Shown here: positions 37,079 through 48,526 of the stretch, piece by piece
How positions within the stretch are numbered: position 1 is the first letter of the stretch
Layout: every line of letters starts with the position of its first letter
From: Gammaproteobacteria bacterium
GTDB lineage: Bacteria; Pseudomonadota; Gammaproteobacteria; Eutrophobiales; Eutrophobiaceae
Direction: 5' to 3'
NCBI GenBank assembly: GCA_965116495.1
Contig: OZ220696.1
Coordinates: forward strand, 4,011,018-4,075,017
Length of the DNA stretch: 64,000 bases
Notes under the pieces: generated by a model
The model's database searches: none
What the model was told of the DNA's origin: nothing
Seen by the model: the letters and a program-made list of their open reading frames with translations, nothing else
Made by a program: the position numbers and the translations under genes

Positions 37079-38260
37079 TTATCTTTCCACAGCCAGGGCG
37101 ACCCCCTGGCCGCCGCCAATGCACAACGTGGCCAGGCCCTTGTGTGCGTCCCGGCGCTGCATGGCATGGAGGAGGGTGACCAGGACCCGGCAACCCGAAG
37201 CTCCGATGGGGTGTCCCAGCGCTATAGCGCCGCCGTTGACATTCACTTTCTCCTGATCCCAGCCCAGTTCGCTGTTCACAGAAATGGCCTGTGCCGCAAA
37301 GGCCTCGTTGGCTTCAACCAGGTCAAGTTCATCGACGCTCCAGCCCGCCTTGTCCAGGCAGCGTTGTGTTGCCGGAATCGGCCCGGTCCCCATGATCGCC
37401 GGGTCAACGCCGGCGCTGGAGTAAGCCCTGATGCCGGCCATTACCGGCAGGCCCAGTTCGTCGGCTTTTTGACGGCTCATGACAACCACCGCCGCGGCGC
37501 CGTCGTTGATGCCGGAGGCATTGGCCGCGGTGACAGTCCCTTCGCGGCTAAAAGCAGGGCGCAACCTTCCAATTTTTTCCGCAGTCACCCCCTGTTTAGG
37601 GTACTCGTCGTCAGCGAATATGACAGGGTCGGCCTTGCGTTGCGGGATGCTTATGGGAACTATTTCTTCCCTGAATACGCCGCCTGCCTGGGCTTGTTCC
37701 GTTTTTTGCTGGGACAGCGCAGCGAACCGGTCCTGTTCCTCCCGCGATATCCCGAACTTTTCCACGATATTCTCAGCGGTCATGCCCATGTGGTAATCAT
37801 TAAATGCATCCCACAGACCGTCGCTGATCATGGAGTCCAACATCTTCCAGTCGCCCATCTTGGTGCCGGACCGGGATTTGGGCAACACGTGCGGCGCCCG
37901 ACTCATGTTTTCCTGCCCCCCGGCTATGATGACTTCAGCATCACCACACTTTATTGCCTGTGCTGCCAGGTGAACGGCTTTCAGGCCGCTGCCGCAGACC
38001 TTGTTAATCGTCATGGCCGGTACCGAATGTGGCAGGCCGGCTTCAATGGCAGCCTGGCGCGCCGGGTTCTGGCCTTCACCGGCAGTCAGCACCTGTCCCA
38101 GGATAACCTCGTCGATCCGGTTGGGATCAAGGCCGGTTTTATCCAGTAATGATTTGATTACCGCGGCACCCAGGGAATGGGCCGGGATATTCGCAAGGGT
38201 GCCGCTGAAAGAACCGATTGGGGTCCGCCCTGCAGCGACGATGACTATTTCGTCGGTCAT
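37079..38260 (-). CDS. phaA: Acetyl-CoA C-acetyltransferase (beta-ketothiolase)
   Basis: Thiolase active-site motifs: [10 protein letters not shown] (Cys), [17 protein letters not shown], and C-terminal CIGGGQG. Confidence 0.92.
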   Translation of the reverse strand: MTDEIVIVAAGRTPIGSFSGTLANIPAHSLGAAVIKSLLDKTGLDPNRIDEVILGQVLTAGEGQNPARQAAIEAGLPHSVPAMTINKVCGSGLKAVHLAAQAIKCGDAEVIIAGGQENMSRAPHVLPKSRSGTKMGDWKMLDSMISDGLWDAFNDYHMGMTAENIVEKFGISREEQDRFAALSQQKTEQAQAGGVFREEIVPISIPQRKADPVIFADDEYPKQGVTAEKIGRLRPAFSREGTVTAANASGINDGAAAVVVMSRQKADELGLPVMAGIRAYSSAGVDPAIMGTGPIPATQRCLDKAGWSVDELDLVEANEAFAAQAISVNSELGWDQEKVNVNGGAIALGHPIGASGCRVLVTLLHAMQRRDAHKGLATLCIGGGQGVALAVER

Positions 38261-38413
38261 GGAATTACTACCTCTAAATCATGAATCTTCATGTTGGTAT
38301 CGTGAATTATCATTCTAAACCATCTGGTTGCACTGCACAAAACGACCTTGCATCCTAACAAATACGTATTAAGGATACCAGTACCAATCGTAACAACGGC
38401 TTGCGGCTTCGGC

Positions 38414-38488
38414 GGGGACAGACCCCTGCTTACAACCCTGCCTCGGGGGCCAGGGCAGGCATGCAGGGGCATGCTTAAATCTGTCCCC
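38414..38488. repeat. REP family C: structured repeat (copy 2)
   Basis: Same orientation as copy 1 and almost identical to it. Confidence 0.85.
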
Positions 38489-38500
38489 TGTGTTGTTCAG

Positions 38501-39925
38501 TCAGATGTGCAGCGCCCGCTTATTACTTGCCAGGGCTGCCTCATGCATGGCTTCGGCGAGGGTCGGGTGTGCGTGAATGGTGCGGGCAATATCTTCGGAA
38601 CTGCCGTCGAATTCCATGGCAAGAACGGCCTCGGCTATCAGTTCGGAAGCGTTCGGCCCCAGTACGTGGACACCGAGGATCTGGTCGGTGTCGGCATCAC
38701 TGATCATTTTTACCATACCGCCGTTATCGCCCGCAGCCAGCGCGCGGCCGCTTGCCGCCAGTGGAAATACGCCCGTTTTACAGGGTTGCCCGGCTTCTAT
38801 TAATTCGAACTCGGTCTTTCCGACCCAGGCGATTTCCGGCCAGGTGTAGATTACCCAGGGGACCAGGTCCAGGTTGAAACCGCTTTTTTGCCCGGCAAGA
38901 CGTTCGGCGACCATCACGCCTTCTTCAGCGGCCTTGTGGGCCAGCATCGGGCCGCGCACCACGTCGCCGATTGCATAAACATTCGGCAGATTTGTGGCGC
39001 AATGTTCATCAACTACGATGCCGCCATTTTCATTCAGGGCCAGACCCGCTTCTTCAGCCCCAAGCCCCGCTACATTGGGAGAGCGTCCGACAGCTACTAT
39101 CAGTTTGTCAAAAGTCAACCGCTGTTTGTCATTGCCCTGCTCATAAGAGACACTGACCTCCCGGTTGTTGGCACTGGAACCCATGACCCTGGCGCCAAGG
39201 CGGATATCCAGTCCCTGGTTCGTCAGCATCTTTTCAGCTGCGGACGCAATCTGCCGGTCCACGGGTGCCAGAAAGTCATCCAGTGCCTCCAGTATGACGA
39301 CCTGTGATCCCAACCTGCTCCATACGCTGCCCAGTTCCAGCCCGATTACCCCCGCGCCGATCACGCCCAGTCTCTTCGGCACTTCCTTGAAGGCGAGCGC
39401 ACCGGTGGAATCGACAATCCTGTTCTGGTCTACCGTGGCCAAAGAAAATCCGGCCGGAACGGAACCGGTAGCGATAATGATGTTCCGGGCAGATACCGTG
39501 TATTCCTCGCCGGGCTGCTTACCTGCCGGTGCTACCTGCACCTCATTTTTTCCCAGGAGTGTCGCGCGGCCCTGGAGCCAGTCTATGTTGTTCTTTTTGA
39601 ACAGACCGGCGATCCCCCGGGTCAGTTTCTGCACGATCCTGTTTTTCCTGGTAATCATTTTATGGACGTCAAGTTTTACGCCGCTGATATTGATGCCGTG
39701 GTTGGACGCCTGCTTGTTGATGAAGGCGTAATGGTGCGAGGAATCCAGCAGGGCCTTGGACGGAATGCAGCCTGTATTCAGGCAGGTTCCGCCCAGGACA
39801 GGATTGTCGCCATCGCCCAGCCCGTTATCCGCGCAGGCGGTGGAAAGTCCCAGTTGCGCACAGCGGATCGCACTGATGTAACCGCCGGGACCGGCGCCAA
39901 TCACTACCACGTCATAACTTTTCAT
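38501..39925 (-). CDS. lpdA: Dihydrolipoyl dehydrogenase (E3)
   Basis: GAGPGGY FAD fold and redox disulfide GGTCLNTGCIPSK. Confidence 0.94.
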   Translation of the reverse strand: MKSYDVVVIGAGPGGYISAIRCAQLGLSTACADNGLGDGDNPVLGGTCLNTGCIPSKALLDSSHHYAFINKQASNHGINISGVKLDVHKMITRKNRIVQKLTRGIAGLFKKNNIDWLQGRATLLGKNEVQVAPAGKQPGEEYTVSARNIIIATGSVPAGFSLATVDQNRIVDSTGALAFKEVPKRLGVIGAGVIGLELGSVWSRLGSQVVILEALDDFLAPVDRQIASAAEKMLTNQGLDIRLGARVMGSSANNREVSVSYEQGNDKQRLTFDKLIVAVGRSPNVAGLGAEEAGLALNENGGIVVDEHCATNLPNVYAIGDVVRGPMLAHKAAEEGVMVAERLAGQKSGFNLDLVPWVIYTWPEIAWVGKTEFELIEAGQPCKTGVFPLAASGRALAAGDNGGMVKMISDADTDQILGVHVLGPNASELIAEAVLAMEFDGSSEDIARTIHAHPTLAEAMHEAALASNKRALHI

Positions 39926-39932
39926 GTCCGGG

Positions 39933-41363
39933 TCAGATTTGTAACAGCAGGCGTGACGGGTCTTCCAGTGCCTCTCTCAGCGCCACCAGGAAAGAGACTG
40001 CCTCGCGCCCGTCGATAATGCGATGATCGTAGGACAAGGCCAGGTACATCATGGGCCGGACCACGACTGCGCCGTCCTCCGCAATCGGACGTTCCTCGAT
40101 CTTGTGCATGCCCAGGATAGCGCTTTGTGGCGGGTTGATGATGGGTGTGGATAACAGGGATCCGAATACGCCACCGTTGGTTATTGTAAAAGTCCCGCCG
40201 GTCAACTCTTCTATAGTGAGTTTTGCGTCACGGGCTTTGCGCCCGTATTCGCCTATGGTCTTCTCTATTTCGGCAAAGCTGAGTTTGTCAGCCGCGCGTA
40301 TTACCGGTACGACCAGCCCGCGCGGGGAACTGACGGCAATGCCTATATCGTAATAGTTGTGATAGATAATATCATTGCCGTCCACCGAGGCGTTGACGAC
40401 CGGAATTTTTTTCAGGGCTTCAACTGCCGCCTTGGTAAAGAACGACATGAACCCCAGTTTAACCTCGTAGGTTTTCTCAAAACTGTCCTTGTAACGGCTA
40501 CGCAAGTCCATGACCGGTTTCATGTTCACTTCGTTGAACGTAGTCAGTATCGCATTTTCCCGCTGCGCCGCCAGCAGGCGTTGCGCCGCCCGCCTGCGCA
40601 GACGACTCATGGGAACACGGTTTTCAGCCCCGTCAGGACTTTCCCCGTCTTTCGTTTTACCGTTGCTGTCCCTGTCCACCTGCGCACGAGCCTCCTGCGC
40701 CTTCCCTGGCGGGACTTCTGCCACCGGTACCGGCTTATTGTCGTCCTGGCCTGTTTTTCCGCGATTTCCGTTATCTGCGACCAGGGTGCCGGCTTCGGAT
40801 ACCGGTTTCCCGGTTTGCGTGTCCTTTGCAGTAGTCTCCGTTTTCGCCAGGTAAGCCAGCACCTGTTTTTTTGTCAGTCTGTCGCCGCTTGCCGGAATAT
40901 CCCGGGCATCCAGACCATGTTCGGCCAGCAGGTTCCTGACGGCAGGGCTTAGTTTGGGTTTCTGCCCGGAAAGTGGCGGCTGTGAACTTGTCTCGTCTGC
41001 AGGTTCCGGTCCGGGTTCTGCCGCCGCTGTCACGCTGTCCGCCCCATCAGCAGGGTTCAGTGCAGCTTCAGGTTCCGGCGCTTCAGCATCCGTGCTATCC
41101 GCCGGTTCTGTGACGGATGCCTGTGCCTCGGTATCGATCTGTGCGATTAACTCGTTACTCTCCACATCTTCGCCGCTGTTTTTAAGGATGCTGGCGAGCA
41201 TCCCGTCTTCCGGTGCGACCACTTCCAGGGTGACTTTATCCGTTTCCACGTCAATCAGGACATCACCAAACTTCACCGCGTCTCCGGGCTGTTTATGCCA
41301 GTCCATTAATGTGGCCTCCGCAACCGATTCGGCCAGTACCGGGACTCTTACTTCAACTAACAC
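39933..41363 (-). CDS. sucB: 2-oxoglutarate dehydrogenase E2, dihydrolipoyllysine succinyltransferase
   Basis: Lipoyl domain ([12 protein letters not shown]), PSBD ([14 protein letters not shown]) and a catalytic DHRIIDG motif. The inter-domain linkers are unusually long. Confidence 0.92.
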   Translation of the reverse strand: MLVEVRVPVLAESVAEATLMDWHKQPGDAVKFGDVLIDVETDKVTLEVVAPEDGMLASILKNSGEDVESNELIAQIDTEAQASVTEPADSTDAEAPEPEAALNPADGADSVTAAAEPGPEPADETSSQPPLSGQKPKLSPAVRNLLAEHGLDARDIPASGDRLTKKQVLAYLAKTETTAKDTQTGKPVSEAGTLVADNGNRGKTGQDDNKPVPVAEVPPGKAQEARAQVDRDSNGKTKDGESPDGAENRVPMSRLRRRAAQRLLAAQRENAILTTFNEVNMKPVMDLRSRYKDSFEKTYEVKLGFMSFFTKAAVEALKKIPVVNASVDGNDIIYHNYYDIGIAVSSPRGLVVPVIRAADKLSFAEIEKTIGEYGRKARDAKLTIEELTGGTFTITNGGVFGSLLSTPIINPPQSAILGMHKIEERPIAEDGAVVVRPMMYLALSYDHRIIDGREAVSFLVALREALEDPSRLLLQI

Positions 41364-41396
41364 ATCTTTCTCCTGTTATTACCGGGATATTTCCGC

Positions 41397-44264
41397 TTAG
41401 CGGATGCCGCGAGACTTTTGCTTGTGGGTGGTCACTTCCAGTTTTTCCTGTTGCAGCGCATCGTCAACCAGCTTCTTTTGCTGCGCCAGGTGCAGGCTCA
41501 AAGAGCCGACTGCAGGGGAGGCCGAATAAATACGTCCGGCATAGCCGAACACATGCCGGGCGCTGAGACAGCCGATCATGGTCCCCCTGGATTGCATGTA
41601 GTACCAGCCACCCTGGTTCTTTGGTTCTTCCTGTACCCAGACGACTTCCTTTGCATTCGGGTACGAATCAATCACGCGTTTCATCTCCTTTTGTGGAAAC
41701 GGGAACAATTGTTCCAGACGTATAACGGCAATGTTTCCGACCTCATTGCCGCGTCTTGCTGCCAGCAGGTCATAGTACACCTTGCCACTGCATATCAACA
41801 ATCGTGTAACATCTTCTTTTACTATATTTTCGTCAATTTCGTCGATCACCAGCCTGAACCCGCCACCGGTGATTTTATCCAGGGTAGAGGTGGACAGTTT
41901 ATGCCTGAGCAGACTTTTCGGACTCATGACGATCAGCGGTTTACGGTAAGGCCTGATGACCTGCCGCCGTAACAGGTGGAACATCTGGGCCGGTGTGCTG
42001 GGCTGGCACACCTGCATGTTCTCCCGGGCGCATAGCTGCAGAAAACGCTCCAGCCGGGCGGAGGAGTGCTCCGGCCCCTGGCCGTCATAGCCGTGAGGTA
42101 AAAATACCGTGAGACCGCAGAACCGTCGCCACTTCGCTTCGCATGAACTGATGAACTGGTCGAAAACGACTTGCGCGCCGTTGGCGAAATCACCGAACTG
42201 GGCTTCCCAGAGCACCAGGGCGTTAGGCTCTGCGCTGCTGTAGCCGTAGTCAAAAGCCAGCACGGCCTCTTCGGAGAGTGTCGAGTTGATGGCCAGGAAT
42301 GAAGGCTGTCCCTCATTGAGGTGTTGCAGGGGCAGGTACGTATCACCGTCATCCTGGTTGTGTATCACAGCGTGACGGTGGAAGAAGGTTCCGCGGCCGC
42401 TGTCCTGGCCGGAAATACGCACCGGGAAACCGGCATCCAGCAAGGTCGCATAGGCCAGGGTTTCGGCATAGCCCCAGTCCATTTCCAGTTCACCGGCGCC
42501 CATCTTTTTGCGGTTCTCAATAATCTTCGTGACTGTCGGGTGCAGGTTGAAATGCTCCGGCACGGCAGTGAAGCGTTCCGTCAGGCGCGCTACCTGCTCG
42601 GGACTGACGGCCGTTTCGACCCACATATCCCATGCCGTTCTCTTGAACGGTTCGTAATTGATCATGAACCTGTAATCGGCATTGCTTGCCCGCGAGCCTG
42701 CCACGCTCCGGTTGGATTCCAGCGCCTCGAGGTAGGATTTGTGAATGGTCCGGACCTCATCATGGGTAACCACTTTTTCCTGAACGAGACGCTCGGAATG
42801 TATATCCTCTATGTTCCTGTGCTGCCTGATCTTCCGGTACATGATGGGCTGGGTGGCGGCCGGTTCGTCCGCTTCGCTGTGGCCGTGCCTGCGGTAGCAC
42901 ACCATGTCGATGACCACGTCTTTCTTGAATTCCATGCGGAAATCCAGGGCCAGTTTCGCAACGTACACGACAGCGTCGGGATCATCGCCATTGACGTGAA
43001 AGATCGGCGCCTGCACCATCTTGGCGACATCCGTGCAATACAGGGTCGAGCGGGAATCCAGCGGGTCGCTCGTGGTGAAACCGATCTGGTTGTTGACGAT
43101 GATGTGGATAGTGCCGCCGGTACTGTACCCGCGGGTCTGGGACAGGTTGAAGGTTTCCATCACCACGCCCTGACCGGCGAATGCGGCGTCACCGTGGATA
43201 ATTATCGGCAATACCTGGGAGCGGGATTTATCGTTACGCCGGTCCTGGCGCGCCCGCACCGAACCTTCCACCACGGGGTCGATGATCTCGAGATGGGAGG
43301 GATTGAACGACAGGGTCAGGTGTATGACGCCCCCGGGTGTCTGGATATCCGAGGAATAACCCAGGTGGTATTTGACATCACCCGAGTTGCTGGATTCGAC
43401 GTCCTGTGCCTGATTGTGGATCCCTTCGAATTCATCGAACAGTTCCCCGGGCAGCTTACCTATGATATTGATCAGGACGTTAAGTCTGCCGCGGTGAGCC
43501 ATGCCGATAACCGCTTCGCGCACACCCGCTTCCCCTCCTGCCTGCACGATTTCATCAAGCAACGGGATCAGGGATTCACCGCCCTCCAGCGAGAAGCGCT
43601 TCTGTCCCACGTATTTTCTGTGCAGGTATTCTTCCAGGGCATTGGCGGCGATGACGCGTTCCAGTACACGTTTCCTCTTTTCCGGCGAGAACCGGTGATG
43701 TCCTTCGGATTCTTCCAGCCTGCGCTGGATCCAGCGTTTTTGTTCGGTTTCGTTGATGTGCATGTACTCGGCGCCGATGGTCCGGCAATACGTGCCTTTG
43801 ACGATGTAGAAGATTTCAGCCAGGGTAAGCTCATCGGGCGCAAACAGTGAACCCGTATTGAAAACCCGCACAAGGTCTTCTTCCGTGAAATTGTAATAAG
43901 CGGGATCCAGTTCCGGCACTTTCGGCCGCTCGTACTGTTTCAGGGGATCCAGGTCAGCTTGCTGGTGGCCGCGGAAACGGTGGGCATTGATCAACTGTAA
44001 TACTGAGGCCTGCTTTTTGTTATCCGTGTTGACGGCGATGTTGGTTTTCGGCGTCGGGACCTGTCCGGTTTCCGCCGCGGGCGCGGATTCCCCGGCCTGC
44101 GCGTTGCCGCTGTTATCAGCCTGTCCGGTTTCCTCTTGCAGGGTATCAAAATAACTGCGCCATTCAACGGCTACGCCGGCGGGGTCGTCCAGGTAGCGTT
44201 CGTATATTTCTTCGATAAACGCGGTATTACCGCTGTAAAGGTGGGATGTTTCGCGCGTGCTCAT
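41397..44264 (-). CDS. sucA: 2-oxoglutarate dehydrogenase E1 component
   Basis: 955 aa with a ThDP-binding region (GDAAFAGQG) and a conserved N-terminus (YLYSGNTAFIEEIYERYL). Confidence 0.95.
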   Translation of the reverse strand: MSTRETSHLYSGNTAFIEEIYERYLDDPAGVAVEWRSYFDTLQEETGQADNSGNAQAGESAPAAETGQVPTPKTNIAVNTDNKKQASVLQLINAHRFRGHQQADLDPLKQYERPKVPELDPAYYNFTEEDLVRVFNTGSLFAPDELTLAEIFYIVKGTYCRTIGAEYMHINETEQKRWIQRRLEESEGHHRFSPEKRKRVLERVIAANALEEYLHRKYVGQKRFSLEGGESLIPLLDEIVQAGGEAGVREAVIGMAHRGRLNVLINIIGKLPGELFDEFEGIHNQAQDVESSNSGDVKYHLGYSSDIQTPGGVIHLTLSFNPSHLEIIDPVVEGSVRARQDRRNDKSRSQVLPIIIHGDAAFAGQGVVMETFNLSQTRGYSTGGTIHIIVNNQIGFTTSDPLDSRSTLYCTDVAKMVQAPIFHVNGDDPDAVVYVAKLALDFRMEFKKDVVIDMVCYRRHGHSEADEPAATQPIMYRKIRQHRNIEDIHSERLVQEKVVTHDEVRTIHKSYLEALESNRSVAGSRASNADYRFMINYEPFKRTAWDMWVETAVSPEQVARLTERFTAVPEHFNLHPTVTKIIENRKKMGAGELEMDWGYAETLAYATLLDAGFPVRISGQDSGRGTFFHRHAVIHNQDDGDTYLPLQHLNEGQPSFLAINSTLSEEAVLAFDYGYSSAEPNALVLWEAQFGDFANGAQVVFDQFISSCEAKWRRFCGLTVFLPHGYDGQGPEHSSARLERFLQLCARENMQVCQPSTPAQMFHLLRRQVIRPYRKPLIVMSPKSLLRHKLSTSTLDKITGGGFRLVIDEIDENIVKEDVTRLLICSGKVYYDLLAARRGNEVGNIAVIRLEQLFPFPQKEMKRVIDSYPNAKEVVWVQEEPKNQGGWYYMQSRGTMIGCLSARHVFGYAGRIYSASPAVGSLSLHLAQQKKLVDDALQQEKLEVTTHKQKSRGIR

Positions 44265-44545
44265 CGTTATCCACGTTTCTGCAAGAGTTTTGTCTGTAAT
44301 GTCCGGGGTTTGTCAGCAGTTTTTCAGTCTCATACACGATATCAAGCCACATTATATGACAATTTCTTGAAATTTAACTGAATACTTCCGTAACACATTA
44401 AACTATAAGCTGTTTTATTCCCGGTGCAAATTTTATACGGGACAGACGCCCGACATATGGACTTGCGGTCTGTTCCCATAGATGTATGCTAGATAAATAA
44501 AAAACGTATAAAGCTGCAAAATCCCGTGTAGATGGAGAAGATTAC

Positions 44546-45835
44546 ATGATGCGTACTGTTACAATCACTGATAACAAAACCGGCAAGCAACTCGAATGTC
44601 CGGTTTCTGAGGGTACCTACGGCGCTCCGGTTATCAATACCAAATCCCTGTACAAGGAGTTGGGGATGTTTACCTTTGATCCGGGTTATGCCACCACTGC
44701 AAGCTGTCGCAGCGCAATCACTTACCTGGATGGGGAGAAAGGGATACTGTTGCACCGGGGCTACCCGATAGAACAACTGGCGGAAAAAAGCACCTTCCTG
44801 GAAGTTGTCTACCTGTTGATTCACGGCGAGTTACCGAACCGGCAGCAGATGGATGAGTGGGAGCATTCCATCAAGATGCACATGCTGACCCATGAGCATA
44901 TTTCCCGGTTTTACTCAGCCTATCGCTACGATGCACATCCCATGTCGATCATGGCAGGCGTGACCAGCGCCATTGCCTCGTACTACCATGACCGTACCGA
45001 TATCAGGGACCCTGATAACCGCCTGATGACCGCCAAGCGCGTTATCGGCAAGGTTCCCAACGTGGCGTCCAAATGCTACCGCTACGCCTCCGGCCTGCCG
45101 TTTGTCTATCCCGATAATTCTCTCAACTATATTGAAAATTTCATGTATATGACGTTTTCATGGCCTACCGAGGATTTCACGCCGTCAGCGGTTGCCGTAC
45201 GCGCTCTGGACCTTCTTTTCATACTCCATGCCGACCACGAACAGAATGCCAGTACGTCGACCGTGCGCCTCGCTGGCAGTTCGGAGGCCAATCCTTTTGC
45301 CTGTGTTGCTGCAGGCATAACAACCCTGTGGGGCAAGTCCCACGGGGGCGCCAATGAGGCCGTGATCCAGATGCTGGAGGAGATCGGCACGCCGTCCAAC
45401 GTCGGGAAATTCGTTGCCCGGGCAAAAGACAGCAAGGATAACTTCAGGTTGATGGGCTTCGGCCACCGGGTCTACAAGAAATACGACCCAAGGGCAAAAA
45501 TCATCCGTGGGGCATGCCATGATTTACTGGAGGAAATGAACCTGAACCAGCCTCTGTTCGAAATCGCCATGGAACTGGAACGGATAGCCCTGGAGGATGA
45601 ATATTTCATCAAGCGCAAGCTATACCCGAACGTTGATTTTTATTCCGGCCTGATCTACCAGGCCCTGCGCATTCCTACCTCCATGTTTACGGTGATGTTT
45701 GCCCTGGCGCGCAGTGCCGGCTGGATTGCCCAGTGGATGGAATTGGTGGAGGATAAGGACTTTCGTATCGGTCGCCCCAGGCAGCTGTATGTCGGCGAAA
45801 AGTCCCGTAACTACATACCGATGGAAGACAGGTGA
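44546..45835 (+). CDS. gltA: Citrate synthase (type II)
   Basis: GFGHRVYK signature; 429 aa. Confidence 0.95.
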   Translation: MMRTVTITDNKTGKQLECPVSEGTYGAPVINTKSLYKELGMFTFDPGYATTASCRSAITYLDGEKGILLHRGYPIEQLAEKSTFLEVVYLLIHGELPNRQQMDEWEHSIKMHMLTHEHISRFYSAYRYDAHPMSIMAGVTSAIASYYHDRTDIRDPDNRLMTAKRVIGKVPNVASKCYRYASGLPFVYPDNSLNYIENFMYMTFSWPTEDFTPSAVAVRALDLLFILHADHEQNASTSTVRLAGSSEANPFACVAAGITTLWGKSHGGANEAVIQMLEEIGTPSNVGKFVARAKDSKDNFRLMGFGHRVYKKYDPRAKIIRGACHDLLEEMNLNQPLFEIAMELERIALEDEYFIKRKLYPNVDFYSGLIYQALRIPTSMFTVMFALARSAGWIAQWMELVEDKDFRIGRPRQLYVGEKSRNYIPMEDR

Positions 45836-45837
45836 GC

Positions 45838-46815
45838 ATGAAACCCCCGGTACGCGTTGCCGTTACCGGCGCTGCCGGCCAAATCGGTTATGCCTTGTTG
45901 TTCCGGATTGCTGCCGGGGAGTTACTGGGCAAGGAGCAGCCGGTGATCCTGCAACTTCTCGAGATTCCCCCCGCATTACCGGCATTGGACGGCGTGGTTA
46001 TGGAACTGGAAGATTGCGCTTTTGCGACTCTGGCCGGTGTGGTGACCACTGCTGATGCCGGTGTTGCCTTCAGGGATGCAGATTTTGCTTTCCTGGTCGG
46101 GGCAAGACCGCGCGGGCCCGGAATGGAACGCGCAGACCTTTTGTTGAGCAACGCCGAAATCTTTAACGTGCAGGGCAGGGCATTGAACGATCATGCAAAC
46201 CGTGACGTAAAAATACTCGTTATCGGTAATCCGGCCAATACGAATGCCCTGATTGCCATGAAGAATGCACCTGACCTGGACCCGCGCCAGGTCATGGCGA
46301 TGATGCGTCTTGATCATAACAGGGCATTGGCAATGCTTGCCGCGCGGGTTCAGTGCTCGGTAGACGCCATCCGTAAAATTGCCGTTTGGGGCAATCATTC
46401 AGCCACGCAGTATCCGGACCTTCACCATACCCTGGTGGATGGGAAAGCAGCCATGGACCTGGTCGAACGAAACTGGTATGAAAATGAATTTATCCCCGGG
46501 GTGGCAAAGCGCGGCGCCGAAATCATAAAGGCCCGGGGCGCCTCCAGCGCTGCGTCTGCGGCAAACGCCATCTTGGACCATACCCGTGACTGGGTATTCG
46601 GAACCCGTGAAAACGACTGGACCAGTATGGCTGTGGCCGCGGATGGTTCTTACGGCATTCCGGAGGGCCTCGTCTACTCCTTCCCCGTTACCTGTGCAGA
46701 TGGCGGTTATGAGATAGTTAAGGGGCTGGACATCAATGAATTCAGCCGGGTAAAGATGAAGCAGACGCAAGCGGAACTGGAACAGGAACGGGACGCGATC
46801 GAACACCTGTTTTAA
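45838..46815 (+). CDS. mdh: Malate dehydrogenase (LDH-like)
   Basis: [19 protein letters not shown]. The start is placed at ATG 45838; an in-frame GTG at 45832 overlaps the gltA stop. Confidence 0.92.
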   Translation: MKPPVRVAVTGAAGQIGYALLFRIAAGELLGKEQPVILQLLEIPPALPALDGVVMELEDCAFATLAGVVTTADAGVAFRDADFAFLVGARPRGPGMERADLLLSNAEIFNVQGRALNDHANRDVKILVIGNPANTNALIAMKNAPDLDPRQVMAMMRLDHNRALAMLAARVQCSVDAIRKIAVWGNHSATQYPDLHHTLVDGKAAMDLVERNWYENEFIPGVAKRGAEIIKARGASSAASAANAILDHTRDWVFGTRENDWTSMAVAADGSYGIPEGLVYSFPVTCADGGYEIVKGLDINEFSRVKMKQTQAELEQERDAIEHLF

Positions 46816-46899
46816 CTGGGCAGTATTCGTAACCCATGGTTGCCGTCACCAATAATCTATGGTAAGTGTATTATCTTTTGTACTGGTATAACTGACAAA

Positions 46900-47394
46900 A
46901 TGCCCCGTTCACGTTCACAAATTGATACACACGGATTCCGCGCTAACGTGGCGATCGTCCTGTTCAACGATGAAGGCCGCCTGTTCTGGGCAAAGCGGGT
47001 AGGCATGGATGCTTGGCAGTTTCCCCAGGGCGGCATCAGGCAGGACGAGTCTGTTGAAGCGGCCATGTACAGGGAATTGAATGAGGAAGTCGGGCTGTTG
47101 CCCGAACACGTGGAAGTGGTCGGCGTCAGCCGGAACTGGTTACAGTACAAGCTACCGAAAAAATACATCCGGCGTCATGTCAGGCCGCTCTGTATCGGCC
47201 AGAAACAACGCTGGTACCTGCTTAAACTGACCGGTGATGAAAGCAACGTCAACCTGGCCTCGAGCAGGCGCCCCGAATTTGACCACTGGCGCTGGGTAGA
47301 CACCTCAGAGCCCGCCAGAAGCGTCGTGTTCTTTAAACGGGATGTCTACAAACGGGCACTGGCGGAATTGGAACCGCTGATGAAGGTTTCCTAA
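46900..47394 (+). CDS. rppH: RNA pyrophosphohydrolase (Nudix)
   Basis: YRANV-type N-terminus (FRANVAIVLFN) and Nudix box GGIRQDESVEAAMYRELNEEVGL. Confidence 0.9.
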   Translation: MPRSRSQIDTHGFRANVAIVLFNDEGRLFWAKRVGMDAWQFPQGGIRQDESVEAAMYRELNEEVGLLPEHVEVVGVSRNWLQYKLPKKYIRRHVRPLCIGQKQRWYLLKLTGDESNVNLASSRRPEFDHWRWVDTSEPARSVVFFKRDVYKRALAELEPLMKVS

Positions 47395-47421
47395 CCCATA
47401 TCACTTGGTGAGAAATCCGGT

Positions 47422-47793
47422 CTAGCGCTGGTTCGATTTCTCCATCATAAGCAACGGCAACAAGCGCCGGATAGCCCCGTTCTTTATTCTCTCTACCGCA
47501 CCCGTAAAGAATTCGGGGTTGACCCCGTTGTCCGTCAGGGCGGTTTGCAGTTCGGCCAGGATCGAACTGCAGGATTCAACCGCATTGCCTGCGATGACGC
47601 GAATATCGGGACTGGACGCCACATGCTGCCGTGCGTTTTCCTGCAAACAGCTTGTATATGCCAGGTTTGTTTCGCCCATCAACATCATATCTGCGCTGTC
47701 AAACGAGTTTCTCAGCGGCGTTTCCGCAAATGCCGCAACGCCGGTAAGATACAGGAACATTATTAGCCCGTATTTCCTGCCGGGGCTAACCAT
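47422..47793 (-). CDS. Hypothetical secreted protein
   Basis: Signal-peptide-like N-terminus (MVSPGRKYGLIMFLYLTGVAAFA). I recognise no family. Confidence 0.4.
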   Translation of the reverse strand: MVSPGRKYGLIMFLYLTGVAAFAETPLRNSFDSADMMLMGETNLAYTSCLQENARQHVASSPDIRVIAGNAVESCSSILAELQTALTDNGVNPEFFTGAVERIKNGAIRRLLPLLMMEKSNQR

Positions 47794-48262
47794 GGTCTTC
47801 CAGCAAACTGCGCAGCATCCAGGCATTCTTTTCGTGAATTTGCATGCGTTGCGTCAACAGGTCCGCCGATGGTTCGTCATTGGCGCTCTCCACTACCGGG
47901 AAAATACTCCTGGCTGTCTTGACCACCGCTTCCTGGCCCTGGACCAGTTGCCGTATCATCTCCTGTGCACCGGGCACCCCGGTTTCTTCCGGGATCGAAG
48001 ACAACCGGCTGAATTGCTGATAAGACCCCGGCGCCGCTACCCCGAGCGCCCTGATACGCTCAGCGATCTCATCCACTGCCGTCGCCAGCTCCGTATAGTG
48101 CTGTTCGAACAAGGTGTGCAAGGTAGTGAACATAGGTCCGGTCACGTTCCAATGAAAATTATGTGTCTTCAGGTACAGTGTATAACTGTCGGCAAGCAAC
48201 CTGGACAAACCTTCGGCTATCTGTTGCCGCTGGTTTTCGGAAATACCAATATCTATCTGCAT
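47786..48262 (-). CDS. dps: Dps family DNA starvation/stationary-phase protection protein
   Basis: LYLKTHNFHWNVTGPMFTTLHTLFEQHY ferroxidase-centre motif. The start is trimmed to MQIDIG. Confidence 0.9.
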   Translation of the reverse strand: MQIDIGISENQRQQIAEGLSRLLADSYTLYLKTHNFHWNVTGPMFTTLHTLFEQHYTELATAVDEIAERIRALGVAAPGSYQQFSRLSSIPEETGVPGAQEMIRQLVQGQEAVVKTARSIFPVVESANDEPSADLLTQRMQIHEKNAWMLRSLLEDHG

Positions 48263-48384
48263 GTTTACCTCCTGTTCAATAGCGTGTTTGCCTGATTTAA
48301 AAACAGCATAGCGCAATATCGGGGATAACGATATTTTTAATATTTAATGGAATCGATAGATTAAATTAATCGATGACGATATTC

Positions 48385-48459
48385 GGGGTCAGAGTAAAAA
48401 TACCTGATAGTACAGCAACGGTAACGCTACCGGATTGACCGTATTTTTACTCTGACCCC
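48385..48459. repeat. REP family A, long-loop copy
   Basis: ggggtcagagtaaaaata...tatttttactctgacccc with a ~40-nt loop. Confidence 0.85.
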
Positions 48460-48526
48460 AGGTTTCCGGCAGGAGTCAGGGAACTGCTGCAATACAAGTG
48501 ATCTGATTTTCATATAAACTGTTGCC

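Noticed and set aside
37062-37193. 44-codon N-terminal extension of the phaR ORF
   Set aside because: It is Pro/Gly/His-rich and overlaps the 3' end of phaA. PhaR proteins begin at MRIIKKYPNRRLYDT.
37142-38149. 335-aa plus-strand ORF overlapping the thiolase gene
   Set aside because: It is antisense to phaA, whose active-site motifs are unambiguous. No independent support.
42321-43850. 509-aa ORF on the plus strand inside sucA
   Set aside because: It is antisense to a strongly supported 2-oxoglutarate dehydrogenase E1 gene, with no motifs. It is a GC-skewed codon artefact.
47422-47445. The word ggttcgatt resembles a tRNA T-arm
   Set aside because: No acceptor or anticodon stems can be drawn around it, and it lies in the 3' end of a minus-strand ORF. 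I found no tRNA or rRNA genes anywhere in the window.
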